Below the pieces are notes generated by a model, which was given only the letters and a program-made list of their open reading frames with translations, made no database searches and was not told where the DNA came from. 64,000 nucleotides of DNA from Minisyncoccia bacterium (GTDB taxonomy: Bacteria; Patescibacteriota; Minisyncoccia; Phycocordibacterales; Phycocordibacteraceae), in assembly GCA_038207395.1 (NCBI GenBank), contig JBBQZW010000003.1, positions 115,760 to 179,759 on the forward strand. Direction: 5' to 3'. This document shows positions 18,617 to 29,702 of this stretch, in pieces; position 1 is the stretch's first letter; each line of letters begins with the position of its first letter. Both the position numbers and the translations under genes were made by a program.

Positions 18617-19912
18617 TTAATAACTCTTTAAACGTCGGGACTTGTCGTGGGTGCGGATTTTCTCAAGTGCCTTTGCTTCAATCTGACGAATACGTTCACG
18701 CGTAACGCCAAACTCCTTACCCACTTCTTCAAGGGTATGGTATACGCCATCCAGAAGTCCGTGACGCATTTCAAGAATCTTACGCTCCTTTGGTGAAAGA
18801 TCGTCGAGAATATCACGAACTTGTTCAGTCAAAATACGCTCTGATGATTCCTGGATAGGAGATGGAATCTTATCGTCAGCAATGAAGTCACCAAGGGTAC
18901 TCTTCTCATCATCATCAGAACCGATAGGGTTTTCGAGTGAAAGCGTGTCCTGGTTGATCTTCTCAATCTGGTAAATCTTTTCAACCTCAACACCCATCTC
19001 TATGGCAACTTCTTCAGGCTGGGGGTCACGGCCCAAGGTCTGCGCGAGGCGACGACTCACCTGCTTATACTTGGCGATTGTTTCCACCATGTGAACAGGA
19101 ATACGAATGGTACGGGATTGGTCGGCAAGCGCACGCGTAATAGCCTGGCGAATCCACCAGGTAGCGTAGGTTGAGAACTTATATCCCTTCTTCCAGTCGA
19201 ATTTATCAACGGCCTTGAAGAGACCGAGGTTTCCTTCCTGAATAAGATCAAGGAGTGTGAGGTCAGGAGAGCGCCCCACGTACTTCTTTGCGATAGACAC
19301 CACGAGGCGAAGGTTTGAACGCGCAAGAATGTTACGTGCTTCGTCATCACCGTTTTCAATGCGGCGTGCAAGTTCCTTTTCTTCGTTACCGGTCAAAAGT
19401 GGGTACTGACCGATTTCACGAAGATAAATCTGAATCGAGTCATATCCTCCTGAGTCACGGGTCTTAATGTTACGCGTTGCGAGGTACGCGTCTGCATGAT
19501 CTTCGAGCATGCCCCCTTCGAGGATATCGATACCGGCAACGGTAAAGCGCTCGTAAAGCTCATCAAGGAAATTAACGTCGTCTTCTACGTGCGGGAACTC
19601 ACGAAGGATTTCTGAGTACGTAATGTAGCCACGCTCCTTTCCTTTTACGATAAGGCGCTCTGCTTTGTCTCCGCGTTCAGTAAGTGCCTTTGCTTTTGAA
19701 CCGCCTGCAGCGGCACGTACCACGCTCGCAGCACTGACCTTCTTTGGTGTAGCTTTTGATGCGCTCTTTGATGCAACTTTCTTAGGTGCTGCCTTAGTAA
19801 CTTTCTTAGCGGGAGCTGCCTTTTTTACAGGTGCTTTCTTTACTACCTTCTTAGGAGCAGCTTTGGGTGCGGATTTCTTTGGTGCGGATTTAGTGGGTTT
19901 TTTTGTGGCCAT
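18617..19912 (-). CDS. rpoD: Primary sigma factor with Lys/Ala/Pro-rich N-terminal extension
   Basis: [58 protein letters not shown]. Confidence 0.97.
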   Translation of the reverse strand: MATKKPTKSAPKKSAPKAAPKKVVKKAPVKKAAPAKKVTKAAPKKVASKSASKATPKKVSAASVVRAAAGGSKAKALTERGDKAERLIVKGKERGYITYSEILREFPHVEDDVNFLDELYERFTVAGIDILEGGMLEDHADAYLATRNIKTRDSGGYDSIQIYLREIGQYPLLTGNEEKELARRIENGDDEARNILARSNLRLVVSIAKKYVGRSPDLTLLDLIQEGNLGLFKAVDKFDWKKGYKFSTYATWWIRQAITRALADQSRTIRIPVHMVETIAKYKQVSRRLAQTLGRDPQPEEVAIEMGVEVEKIYQIEKINQDTLSLENPIGSDDDEKSTLGDFIADDKIPSPIQESSERILTEQVRDILDDLSPKERKILEMRHGLLDGVYHTLEEVGKEFGVTRERIRQIEAKALEKIRTHDKSRRLKSY

Positions 19913-19969
19913 AGGGAATAGAAAAAATTGAGCCGATAATTAGAAACTATAAAAACACTGCTGAAGACT

Positions 19970-21898
19970 CTATGCGAGTGTGGCTATACGTGCGCCTAGC
20001 TCCGTACATCGGAGCGCTGCGCGTTGTATTCCCTCGGCATCATGTGCCGCTTCTGCTGCTCGTAACTCACGTGTCGCGTCCTTAAGCGCGTCCCGCAGGA
20101 TCATCCGCTCGAATGCATACAAAAGTTCGTCGCCCGCCCGCTCTTCAGGTGTTTCACCGAATGCGAGTCCTGCCTCAAATAATGCGCGTTCGCCCAGGTC
20201 CGCTATCATTGCGAAATCTACTGGTGCGCCGGTAATTCTAAAGTACTCTGTTTTTAGACGTTCGGCAAGGGTGGTTTCGGGGTATGTCTGGATAGCGCCC
20301 AGTATAAGCATGCGGCGAGTCTCAAGTCCTGACGCTTCTGTAGACGTGTCAGTCACCTCTTCCTTTCCTCCGTCTTCGTAGCTTGGAAATGGTGAAGACC
20401 GCTGGGGATATTTTTGACCGTATGCAGTGCCTCGCGTTCCGTATTTATTTTGTGAATAGCCCTGTGGACCATACTTCGAAGAGTGGTGCCCGTGAGCTCC
20501 TTGTCCGTATGCACCGCTACTCGAATATCCGTTTCTATTCTCATAGCCGGATCCTTGCGCGTTCGCGTATCCATTTTGGGATTGTGGTCGGACATGCGCT
20601 GCGTCAGTAGCGCTAAGCTGAGGTAACGCTTCACGAACCGCTTCCGGTGTTTGTGAAAGCGCGCGTGCAATAATCTCCACGTACCGGTTTCGCTCAAGCG
20701 GACTCTTCACCGCAACAACAAGCGGCAAGACCGTCTCTTCCACACGGCGCATGAGTTTAAAATCATCCGTCTCTTGAGCAGCAAGCACGGAAAGGAAGAA
20801 CTCGATAATAGACTGAGAATTTTTCACGAGCTCTGTGAAATTCTTTCCTCCATCTTCTGCCACAACATCTGCTGGATCTTTTCCTTGAGGAAGACGGACT
20901 GCCTTTACCCGCATTCCAGCTTCAAGAGCTGCAAGTGCGGTCTTTGCCGACGAGGCAAGTCCTGCGCGGTCAGCGTCTAAGGCGAGCATCAGATTATCTG
21001 CATACCGTTTAATAAGTCCGAGGTGGACGCTTGAAAGCGCTGTGCCGGAAAGCGCTATGGTGTTCGTAAAGCCTGCCTGATGCAAAAGAAGGAGATCAAA
21101 CTGACCTTCGACAAGGATCGCAAAGCCGCGGGCACGTATAGCGTCTTTTGCGCGATCCATGCCGAAAAGGATCTCACTCTTTTTAAATAAATCTGTCTCA
21201 GGAGAGTTGAGATATTTCGCCTGCTCATCTTTTTCAAGTGCACGCCCCGTAAATGCGACGGTGCGTCCTGCAGTGTCACGTATGGGGAACATTAGACGAC
21301 TACGGAATCGATCATACCAGGTGCCCGGTTTTTCATCTGCTTCTTTGATAAGTCCTGCAGCGGCGAGTTCCTTAGGGGCAAATCCCTGTGCGCTTAATGC
21401 TTCAAGAAGTCCGCGCCAGCCAGAAGGTGCCAGCCCCAGATTCCATGAGGTAATAGTTTCGGGCGAAAGGCCGCGTTCACGCGCATACGCGTACGCCGGA
21501 GATCCATCTGTAAGCGCAGACGCAAAAAATTGATCCGCCTTAGACATCGCTTCGCGAAGCCTCTCTTTCTCATCACTCTTAATTCGATCCCCGGGAGTAA
21601 GCTGCTGCACTTCAACTCCTGCCTTGTCTGCCAGGATTTGTAGAGCACCTCTAAAATCCACACCTTCCATCTTTTCGATAAACGTAAAGTGGTCACCGCC
21701 TTGAGACGTTGAAAAACAGTAGTACGAACCACGGTCAGGAGAGACATAAAAGGAAGCCGTCTTTTCTTTTGAGAAAGGGGAAAGTCCCCGGAAGTACTTC
21801 CCTGCTCGTGTGAGCTTTACGTACGGCTGCACCACTTCCACGATGGAAAGTCGGTCCTTGATGAGCTGAGTGGTGTCGGTTCCAGGGTTAGCTGTCAT
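19970..21898 (-). CDS. dnaG: DNA primase
   Basis: Degenerate Zn-binding region (LSPFSKEKT), FRSRLMFPI, KYLNSPET, VEGQFD, DADRAG, KDPAD; start ATG 21898. Confidence 0.95.
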   Translation of the reverse strand: MTANPGTDTTQLIKDRLSIVEVVQPYVKLTRAGKYFRGLSPFSKEKTASFYVSPDRGSYYCFSTSQGGDHFTFIEKMEGVDFRGALQILADKAGVEVQQLTPGDRIKSDEKERLREAMSKADQFFASALTDGSPAYAYARERGLSPETITSWNLGLAPSGWRGLLEALSAQGFAPKELAAAGLIKEADEKPGTWYDRFRSRLMFPIRDTAGRTVAFTGRALEKDEQAKYLNSPETDLFKKSEILFGMDRAKDAIRARGFAILVEGQFDLLLLHQAGFTNTIALSGTALSSVHLGLIKRYADNLMLALDADRAGLASSAKTALAALEAGMRVKAVRLPQGKDPADVVAEDGGKNFTELVKNSQSIIEFFLSVLAAQETDDFKLMRRVEETVLPLVVAVKSPLERNRYVEIIARALSQTPEAVREALPQLSATDAAHVRPQSQNGYANAQGSGYENRNGYSSSGAYGQGAHGHHSSKYGPQGYSQNKYGTRGTAYGQKYPQRSSPFPSYEDGGKEEVTDTSTEASGLETRRMLILGAIQTYPETTLAERLKTEYFRITGAPVDFAMIADLGERALFEAGLAFGETPEERAGDELLYAFERMILRDALKDATRELRAAEAAHDAEGIQRAALRCTELGARIATLA

Positions 21899-22011
21899 TT
21901 CCTCTATTCTACGCCACCTAGGATTCTTTGCATGTAACTCACACAAACACACACTTTGACAGGCAGCTCACTACATGACATTGTTCCTAAGCATTATTCA
22001 GGGAGAGATAT

Positions 22012-22260
22012 ATGCGCATGTTCTTACGTGACTTCAAGGAAGCATTCATCATGAGTGCGACGGTTGGAATAGTCTTTGCCGCGGCCCAATTCGCACTGGC
22101 GCTCGACTCCACGGTATACGAACTTATTTCGACATTCGTGAACTTCACCGCCATAGCGTTCTTGCTCTGCGGAATCCCGTTCGCGCTCTATGACAAATAT
22201 AAGCGCAAACGAGAAGAAGCTGCCCGTCTGCGCAGAAACGACACCGACACGTTCGCGTAG
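22012..22260 (+). CDS. Small 2-TM ORFan
   Basis: TTGACA upstream, SD GGGAG, terminator at 22278-22315. Confidence 0.65.
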   Translation: MRMFLRDFKEAFIMSATVGIVFAAAQFALALDSTVYELISTFVNFTAIAFLLCGIPFALYDKYKRKREEAARLRRNDTDTFA

Positions 22261-22376
22261 TCACCTCGCTATAACCCTGCCTCGCAAACCATTCTGGTTT
22301 GCGAGGCATTTTTTCATTCTCTACAAAACAAAAACCGCCCGGTACGGGCGGTTTTTGTTTTACACTTTCTAAAGTA

Positions 22377-25300
22377 TTAGTTCGTCGTATCAACTACCGC
22401 TCCTGCATTTGCAGCAACTTCTAGTGCGAGTTCCTCAGCAGCCTGTGCTGCGGCCATCTCGCGAACGCGACGTGCGCCCTGGAGCTTACCAATCTCAGCG
22501 TGCTTTGCGCTATCTGCGAAGCCTGTTCCAGCAGGAATGAGGCGTCCGAGGATAACGTTCTCCTTAAGACCGCGAAGCGTATCGAGTGAGCCCTTAAGAG
22601 CGGCGTCGATAAGAATCTTGGTGGTCTGTTCGAAGGATGCTGCTGAAAGGAATGAGCGGCGTGAGAGAGCTGACTGCTTAATACCAAAGACAATATCTGT
22701 GGCCTTAGGCGCAACCTTCCCTTCTGCTTCCATTTCTTTCACAAGCTCAGCAAGTTCCCACTGTTCGATGATGTCACCGATAGAGAGGTCTGTTTCGCCA
22801 GCGTCAGTAATCTTCGCGCGGTTGAACATCTGACGAACGATAACTTCAAGGTGTTTGCGTGATACAGACGCTCCCTGGAGCTCGTAAATCTTAGACGTTT
22901 CCGCAATGATATATTCCTGAACCACCGTGCGGCCTGCGTATTCGAAGAGTTCTTCGAGGTCTGCGGAACCGTCCGTGAGGAACATTCCCTTCTTAACGGC
23001 CTGTCCTGCATTTACGAGTACCTGACGAGGGAACTGGATGAGGAATTCAGAGTTTGACCCATCCTTCTTACCCTGTCCCTTTTCAGGTGCCATAACGATG
23101 ACACGGTCACGGTCCTGCTCCTTTATCTCAACGATCATACCGTCAAACTTTGCGATAGTCGCAGCATTCTTAGGTGAGCGCTTCTCGAAGAGTTCCTCAA
23201 CGCGAGGAAGACCCATGGTGATGTCTCCACCCACAGAGGCCGTTCCTCCAGCGTGGAAGGTACGCATCGTGAGCTGTGTTCCTGGTTCACCGATAGCCTG
23301 TGCTGCAATAGTTCCGACTGCTTCACCCAAATCAACGGGCTGCTGTGTCGTAAGATCCATTCCGTAACACCCTGCACATACGCCGTAGCGTGTCTCGCAG
23401 GACATTGGTGAAAGAACCATAACGCTCGTAACCGTTTTCTCAGCAGCAATAACTCGTGCTTCGTCAGCGGTGAGGTAATGCTTCTTCTTAAACGTGATAT
23501 CTCCAGCAACTACGTCAGCAGCGAGTGTACGTCCTCGAACCGCCTCAGCGAAGTCGATGGTAATGCCGGACGCTGAAATTCGGTTGATGGTAATACCGCG
23601 CTTTGTGCCACAGTCTTTTTCAGTGATGATAGAGTCCTGCGCCACATCGAAGAGACGGCGGGTGAGGTATCCTGCTCGTGCAGTTCCGAGCGCAGTGTCA
23701 GTAAGACCTTTACGCGCTCCGTGTGAAGACATGAAGTATTCAACAGGGTTAAGGCCTTCAGTCATTGAGGAGATGATAGGCACTTCGATAGTTTCTCCTC
23801 CGGTGTTCTGGATAAGACCTTTCATACCAGCCATCTGAGTAAGGTTACCCATCGTACCGCGAGCACCAGACGTCACCATGTCGTAGACCGAACCGGTTGG
23901 ATCAAGTGCGTCACCAACGAGCTTCTCCACCTGCGTCTTAGCACCGTGCCAGAGCTCGATGATCATGCGGCGCTTCTCATCTTCAGAAAGAAGACCGTCC
24001 TTGTAGTTACTCTCAATCTTGAGAACCTTCTCGGTTACTTCATCAACAATCTTCTGCTTTCCTTCGGGAACAGATACGTCATCGATACTCCATGACACAC
24101 CAGACTTGGTGGCATATTCGAAACCGAAACGCTTGATCTTGTTCACGATGCCAGGAAGCTTATCGATTCCGTAACGAACGATGCAGTCATCCATGATGCT
24201 TGCGAGCATCTTCTTGGTGATTGGTGCGTTTACGTACGGATAGTCACTCGGAAGGACCGTGTTGAAGAGAAGACGTCCAACGGTAGTCTCGAAGATTGCT
24301 CCTTCGTACTCTGCGTACTTCGCCTTGTCCTTCATAGGAAGAACGTGGACTTTTGCACGAAGATCGAGTGCGCCATATTCGTACGCGAGGATCGCGCCGT
24401 TAGGGTTGGCATAATACGTACCTTCACCCTTCGCGCCGGTAACATCTTTCGTGAGCCAGTAGGTTCCAAGAACGATATCAAGCGGCTTGTTCACCATAAC
24501 GATCATCTTGCCGTCTCCCGGCTTAATGATGTTTTTGTTAGCAGACATGATGTTCTTTGCCTCCCACTGTGCCTCTTCTGAAAGAGGAACGTGAATTGCC
24601 ATCTGGTCACCGTCGAAGTCAGCGTTAAAGGCTGGACACACAAGAGGGTGGAGCTGAATAGCATCACCTTCGATAAGACGAGGGCGGAATGCCTGGATAC
24701 CCTGGCGGTGAAGCGTAGGGGCTCGGTTAAGAAGAACATACTTTCCGGCAATAGCTTCTTCAAGAATTTCCCATACTTCTGGCACTCCATCTTCAATCAA
24801 ACGACCTGCGCCGCGGATGTTGAAGGCGAGTTCGCGGGTAAGGAGTCCTTCGATAACGAAAGGACGGAAGAGCTCAAGCGCCATGTGCTTTGGAAGACCA
24901 CACTCATCAAGCTCGAGATCAGGACCAACGACAATAACGGAACGGCCTGAGTAGTCCACGCGCTTTCCAAGAAGGTTCTGGCGGAAATACCCTTGCTTAC
25001 CCTTAAGGTAGTCAGCAAGTGACTTGAGCGGGCGGCGCTGAGCTGGGGTGAGAGCCCCTCCTGATGCTCCTGACTTACGGATTGAGTTGTCGAGGAGTGC
25101 GTCAACGGCTTCCTGAAGAATACGCTTTTCGTTTCGGAGAATAACTTCTGGAGCCTTAATATCAAGAAGCTTCTTCAAACGGTTGTTGCGGTTGATTACA
25201 CGACGGTAGAGGTCGTTAACGTCAGATGTTGCATGACGTCCTCCCTCAAGTGCAACCATAGGGCGAAGTGCCGGAGGAATAACCGGAATGCGAGTGAGGA

Positions 25301-26168
25301 ACATCCATTCAGGACGAACGTTCGACGCAAGCATTGAAGTCACGAGCGAAATACGCTTTCCGAGTTTTTCACGCTCAGCAGCACCTGCCTTTGGATAGCG
25401 CTCTTCAAGCGTTACTTTGAGCTTCGTAAGATCAAGGTTACGGAAGAGATCGTAGATCGCTTCTGCACCAATCTTTGCTTCGAAGAGTGTTCCATACTTT
25501 ACGGAGAAACGGTGGTATGACATTTCGTCAAAGACGCGTCCGACGACCACAGAATCAATTTCCTGCTTCGCAACCGTCATACGCTCCTTGAGCGCTTCGC
25601 GCTCTGACTCTTTTTCAATACTCTTAAACTTGCTCTTGTACTCAGCTTCGAGTTCGGTGAGCATACGCTTCTTTGTCTCTTCGTTTACTTTCGTAACGAT
25701 GTAGCCAGCGAAGTACACTACCTTCTCAAGATCAGATGAAGGAATGCCGAGTATAAGCGCCATGCGAGATGGCATTGAACGGAGGAACCAGATGTGTGCC
25801 ACCGGGCTTACGAGTTCGATGTGACCCATGCGTTCGCGACGAACGATGGAGCGGGTGATTTCAACACCACACTTGTCACAAACGATACCTTTGTAGCGAA
25901 TACCTTTGTACTTACCGCAGTAACACTCGTAGTCACGCTCTGGACCAAAGATTTTTTCATCGAAAAGACCGTGCTTTTCAGAGCGCTGAGTGCGGTAGTT
26001 AATGGTTTCCGGCTTCGTGATTTCACCACGTGACCACTCGAGAATACGCTCAGGTGACGCGAGAGAAAGACGAAGTGCGTTCCAGTCCGTGGCGCGTCCA
26101 CCAATGCGTGGTGGCTGCTTCTTGCCCTGGAATGGTGTGTTTTCAGAACGGGATGAGTGAGGTGCCAT
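22377..26168 (-). CDS. rpoC: RNA polymerase beta' subunit
   Basis: CYCGKYK Zn site, NADFDGDQM catalytic motif, GEPGTQLTMRTFH. Confidence 0.99.
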   Translation of the reverse strand: MAPHSSRSENTPFQGKKQPPRIGGRATDWNALRLSLASPERILEWSRGEITKPETINYRTQRSEKHGLFDEKIFGPERDYECYCGKYKGIRYKGIVCDKCGVEITRSIVRRERMGHIELVSPVAHIWFLRSMPSRMALILGIPSSDLEKVVYFAGYIVTKVNEETKKRMLTELEAEYKSKFKSIEKESEREALKERMTVAKQEIDSVVVGRVFDEMSYHRFSVKYGTLFEAKIGAEAIYDLFRNLDLTKLKVTLEERYPKAGAAEREKLGKRISLVTSMLASNVRPEWMFLTRIPVIPPALRPMVALEGGRHATSDVNDLYRRVINRNNRLKKLLDIKAPEVILRNEKRILQEAVDALLDNSIRKSGASGGALTPAQRRPLKSLADYLKGKQGYFRQNLLGKRVDYSGRSVIVVGPDLELDECGLPKHMALELFRPFVIEGLLTRELAFNIRGAGRLIEDGVPEVWEILEEAIAGKYVLLNRAPTLHRQGIQAFRPRLIEGDAIQLHPLVCPAFNADFDGDQMAIHVPLSEEAQWEAKNIMSANKNIIKPGDGKMIVMVNKPLDIVLGTYWLTKDVTGAKGEGTYYANPNGAILAYEYGALDLRAKVHVLPMKDKAKYAEYEGAIFETTVGRLLFNTVLPSDYPYVNAPITKKMLASIMDDCIVRYGIDKLPGIVNKIKRFGFEYATKSGVSWSIDDVSVPEGKQKIVDEVTEKVLKIESNYKDGLLSEDEKRRMIIELWHGAKTQVEKLVGDALDPTGSVYDMVTSGARGTMGNLTQMAGMKGLIQNTGGETIEVPIISSMTEGLNPVEYFMSSHGARKGLTDTALGTARAGYLTRRLFDVAQDSIITEKDCGTKRGITINRISASGITIDFAEAVRGRTLAADVVAGDITFKKKHYLTADEARVIAAEKTVTSVMVLSPMSCETRYGVCAGCYGMDLTTQQPVDLGEAVGTIAAQAIGEPGTQLTMRTFHAGGTASVGGDITMGLPRVEELFEKRSPKNAATIAKFDGMIVEIKEQDRDRVIVMAPEKGQGKKDGSNSEFLIQFPRQVLVNAGQAVKKGMFLTDGSADLEELFEYAGRTVVQEYIIAETSKIYELQGASVSRKHLEVIVRQMFNRAKITDAGETDLSIGDIIEQWELAELVKEMEAEGKVAPKATDIVFGIKQSALSRRSFLSAASFEQTTKILIDAALKGSLDTLRGLKENVILGRLIPAGTGFADSAKHAEIGKLQGARRVREMAAAQAAEELALEVAANAGAVVDTTN

Positions 26169-26188
26169 ATAGGTTCAGGGTTATACGG

Positions 26189-29100
26189 CTAGATAGCCGC
26201 TTCGTTACCGTATTCTATCGGCTCGATGTCGAGTGCGAGACCACGGATCTGGTTAGTAAGAACGGCAAAGGATGCCGGCGTGCCTGAGTGACTGACTGCT
26301 TCACCCTTAACGATAGCGTCGAAGGTTGCAGAACGTCCGGTAATATCGTCAGACTTGATAGTGAGCATTTCGCGGAGAGTATAGGCAGCTCCGTAGCCAA
26401 GGAGTGCCCACACTTCCATTTCTCCGAAACGCTGTCCTCCGTTCTGAGCCTTTCCTCCGAGCGGCTGCTGGGTGATAAGGCTGTACGGACCGATTGAGCG
26501 CATGTGAATCTTGTCTTCCACCATGTGGTGAAGTTTCAAGATATACATGTATCCCACGGATACGGGCTGAGCGAACGCTTCACCGGTGCGCCCATCGAAG
26601 AGCTGCATCTTTCCAGAACGATCAAATCCTGCAGAGACGAGCTCGTCGCGGATTTCGTCCGGCGTAGCGCCAGCAAATGGAGGCACGATAGCCTGGTACC
26701 CAAGGGCATTAGCCGCAAGTCCAAGGTGCATCTCAAGAATCTGACCAAGGTTCATACGAGAAGGAATACCGAGTGGTGTCAAAATAATGTCCACTGGATT
26801 TCCATCTGCGTCGTATGGCATGTCTTCGGCCGGAAGCACGCGGGAGATAACTCCCTTGTTTCCGTGACGACCAGCGAGCTTGTCACCCACTGATACGTTA
26901 CGGACCTGTGCAACCGTAACCACAATCTTCTTAATGATGCCGCTCTCAAGCTGGTCACCACGTTCACGAGAGAAGACACGAACACCAATAACACGACCGC
27001 GCTTCCCTCCTTCCATACGGAGTGAGGTATCCTTCACGTCTTTTGCTTTGTCTCCAAAGATAGAACGGAGGAGACGTTCTTCAGGCGTAAGCTGAGTTTC
27101 ACCCTTAGGCGTTACCTTTCCAACAAGGATGTCACCAGGGCGAACTTCAGCACCGATGCGGATAACACCTTCCTCGTCGAGGTTCTTAAGGCGCATTTCA
27201 CCAACGTTAGGAATGTCGTGAGTCGTTACTTCAGCCCCAAGCTTTGTGTCGCGAACGGCAGCTTCGAAGTCCTCGATGTGAACCGTTGTGAACTTTGAGT
27301 CCTGCACCATACGCTCAGAAACGATGATGGCGTCTTCGTAGTTCGCACCATTCCATGACATGAAAGCAACACGGGCATTCTGTCCGAGCGCCATCTGTCC
27401 CTGATCTGACGATGAACAGTCAGCAAGTACATCACCCTTCTTTACCTTGTCTCCAGTAAGTACTGAAGGACGCTGCATAAAGGCTGAGTTCTGGTTTGTC
27501 TGGGTAAGCTGCTGGAGCTTGTATTCCTGGCGCTTTCCTTCTTTGCTTTCCACTGTGATCTTACGTGCATCAACGTACACTACCGTACCCGCTTCATCAG
27601 CAAGGATGAGGCGTCCAGTGTTACGAGCTGCGTGCGTTTCAATACCAGTTGCAACGAGTGGTGCCTCAGGAATGAGAACTGGTGTTGCCTGTTTCTGCAT
27701 GTTTGAACCCATGAGTGCGCGGTTTCCGTCGTCGTTGTTAACGAAGGGAATCATGGCCGTTGCGGCTGAGAACATCTGGAAAGTCGAAACGTCGATGAAA
27801 TCAATCTCATCACGGGTCACCACTGCTGGCTCACCTGAACGACGGGCTTCAATAGTATCGGGAACGATACGCTTCTTCTCATCAACAGGAGTCGCGCCGT
27901 GCGCAATAACATGATCTTCCTCTTCAAGCGCGTTGAGGTATACAACCTCATCCGTCACTACTCCCTTCTTAACAACAGAGTACGGTGTTTCGATAACACC
28001 GAATTCGTTTGTGCGGGCGTGAATAGCAAGACGAAGGATAAGACCAATGTTCTGACCTTCTGGCGTATGAATTGGGCAGAGACGGCCATAGTGTGAAGGG
28101 TGCACGTCACGGACTTCGAAGCCCGCGCGCTCACGTGTAAGCCCTCCGGGACCGAGCGCTGAAAGCGTACGCATGTTCTCAAGCTCAGCAAGAATGTTCT
28201 GTTGATCCATGAACTGTGAGAGTTGGTTTGCCGTAAAGAATTCACGGATTGAAGCCTGGTACGGACGAGGGTTGATGAACGCCATAGGAAGCGTTGTCTC
28301 AGATTCAATCGTTGACATACGATCCTGGATGTTGCGCTTCATACGGGACATACCCACACGCATACGTGCCTGGAGAAGTTCTCCCACAAAACGAACACGA
28401 CGGAAGCCGAGGTGGTCAATGTCATCAGGAACTCCATTAGGGTCCTGGTTTAGACGAGCGATCTCTCCCACGATGCGGACAAGATCCTCGAGTGAGAGTG
28501 TACGGTTATCAAGCGCCTTAGGGTCAGTTGGGAGTCCAAAACGTGCGTTCAAGCGGTGACGCCCCACCTTATTAAGGTCGTAGCGTTCTGCCGTGAAGAG
28601 CGTGTTGATGTATGACTTTGCGTTCTCAGGCGTTGCAAGATCACCATCACGCATGCGTCGGTGTACTTCTACGTAGGCATCATCTGAGGTCTTCGCAGTG
28701 TCGTGAAGCATGGTGGCCTTAAGAGCTGCAACAGCCACTTCGTCTTTGAAGTGTCCGAGGAGTTCTTCTCCCACTCCTGCACCAAAGATAGTAAGGAGGT
28801 TAGTTACGGGGAACTTACGCTTACGATCAATCTTAACGAAAATTGATCCATCAGAATCAGATTCAATTTCAATCCATACACCGCGTGAAGGAATGATCTT
28901 TGCACCAAACCAATTCTTTCCCTTAATTTCTTCAGCAACGAAGAATGCGCCGAATGAACGAGCAAGCTGAGGAACGATAGCGCGCTCAACGCCTGACACC
29001 ACAAATGAGCCGTGCGGCGTCATCATAGGAATGTCGGCAAGGAAAATATCCTGTGACTTTTCAGAGCCAAAGGTTTTGTTGAGAAGCGTTACCGATACCT

Positions 29101-29368
29101 TAAGAGGAGCTTCGTACGTACGCATGTTGTCACGCGCATCTTCGACGGTCCCTTTAGGTTCTCCGAGTTCGAAGTTATCGATACGAAGTTCGAACTTCTT
29201 ATTTGAGTAATCACTGATCGGCGAAAATTCCTGAAAGAGTTCTTTCAGGCCATCACGGATGAGCCATTTAAACGAATCCCGCTGGTGACCGACGAGGTCC
29301 GGGAAATCAACACGAGGAGCGCGATACGCGCCGAACGTCTTCTGCACAAGCGCTTTGGGGGTACGCAT
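26189..29368 (-). CDS. rpoB: RNA polymerase beta subunit
   Basis: RDVHPSHYGRLCP, GSNMQKQ, GDKLAGRHGNKG, GGQRFGEME. Confidence 0.99.
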   Translation of the reverse strand: MRTPKALVQKTFGAYRAPRVDFPDLVGHQRDSFKWLIRDGLKELFQEFSPISDYSNKKFELRIDNFELGEPKGTVEDARDNMRTYEAPLKVSVTLLNKTFGSEKSQDIFLADIPMMTPHGSFVVSGVERAIVPQLARSFGAFFVAEEIKGKNWFGAKIIPSRGVWIEIESDSDGSIFVKIDRKRKFPVTNLLTIFGAGVGEELLGHFKDEVAVAALKATMLHDTAKTSDDAYVEVHRRMRDGDLATPENAKSYINTLFTAERYDLNKVGRHRLNARFGLPTDPKALDNRTLSLEDLVRIVGEIARLNQDPNGVPDDIDHLGFRRVRFVGELLQARMRVGMSRMKRNIQDRMSTIESETTLPMAFINPRPYQASIREFFTANQLSQFMDQQNILAELENMRTLSALGPGGLTRERAGFEVRDVHPSHYGRLCPIHTPEGQNIGLILRLAIHARTNEFGVIETPYSVVKKGVVTDEVVYLNALEEEDHVIAHGATPVDEKKRIVPDTIEARRSGEPAVVTRDEIDFIDVSTFQMFSAATAMIPFVNNDDGNRALMGSNMQKQATPVLIPEAPLVATGIETHAARNTGRLILADEAGTVVYVDARKITVESKEGKRQEYKLQQLTQTNQNSAFMQRPSVLTGDKVKKGDVLADCSSSDQGQMALGQNARVAFMSWNGANYEDAIIVSERMVQDSKFTTVHIEDFEAAVRDTKLGAEVTTHDIPNVGEMRLKNLDEEGVIRIGAEVRPGDILVGKVTPKGETQLTPEERLLRSIFGDKAKDVKDTSLRMEGGKRGRVIGVRVFSRERGDQLESGIIKKIVVTVAQVRNVSVGDKLAGRHGNKGVISRVLPAEDMPYDADGNPVDIILTPLGIPSRMNLGQILEMHLGLAANALGYQAIVPPFAGATPDEIRDELVSAGFDRSGKMQLFDGRTGEAFAQPVSVGYMYILKLHHMVEDKIHMRSIGPYSLITQQPLGGKAQNGGQRFGEMEVWALLGYGAAYTLREMLTIKSDDITGRSATFDAIVKGEAVSHSGTPASFAVLTNQIRGLALDIEPIEYGNEAAI

Positions 29369-29573
29369 GTCGTTGTATGGTGAAGCCTTGAATTAAACGA
29401 GGGCAGTTTATAGAAATAAATGCCTATAAACTAGAATAGGGCTCATGCATACGCATGAGCCGCGTCCCTCGTTTTATCCGAGACGCTGTTAAAAGTTTTC
29501 GCACCGTTATGTTACCTTCTTGCCTTTGCCCGCCAGAGTGCTGCCGCCACTCAATCCGTTTCTGGTTAATGAC

Positions 29574-29603
29574 AGTATACGCTGGGGATAGGAAAAGCGT
29601 CAA
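29574..29603 (-). promoter_or_regulatory. rpoBC promoter
   Basis: TTGACG-18nt-TATACT, ~200 nt upstream of the rpoB start. Confidence 0.7.
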
Positions 29604-29672
29604 GGGAAGATAATGAAAATCTGAGGAAAGGTTACAGAACAAGCATGTGTGGCAATCTTGTAACTTGTACCC

Positions 29673-29702
29673 ATAAAAAGAAGAGCCGTGCAAGACGGCT
29701 CT
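29673..29702 (-). terminator. Intrinsic terminator of the candidate ncRNA
   Basis: AGAGCCGT-cttgc-ACGGCTCT + TCTTTTTAT on the minus strand. Confidence 0.8.

Noticed and set aside
22377-29368. Inteins or introns in rpoB/rpoC (also dnaE, gyrB)
   Set aside because: Lengths are normal or short and no splice-junction or homing endonuclease motifs were seen
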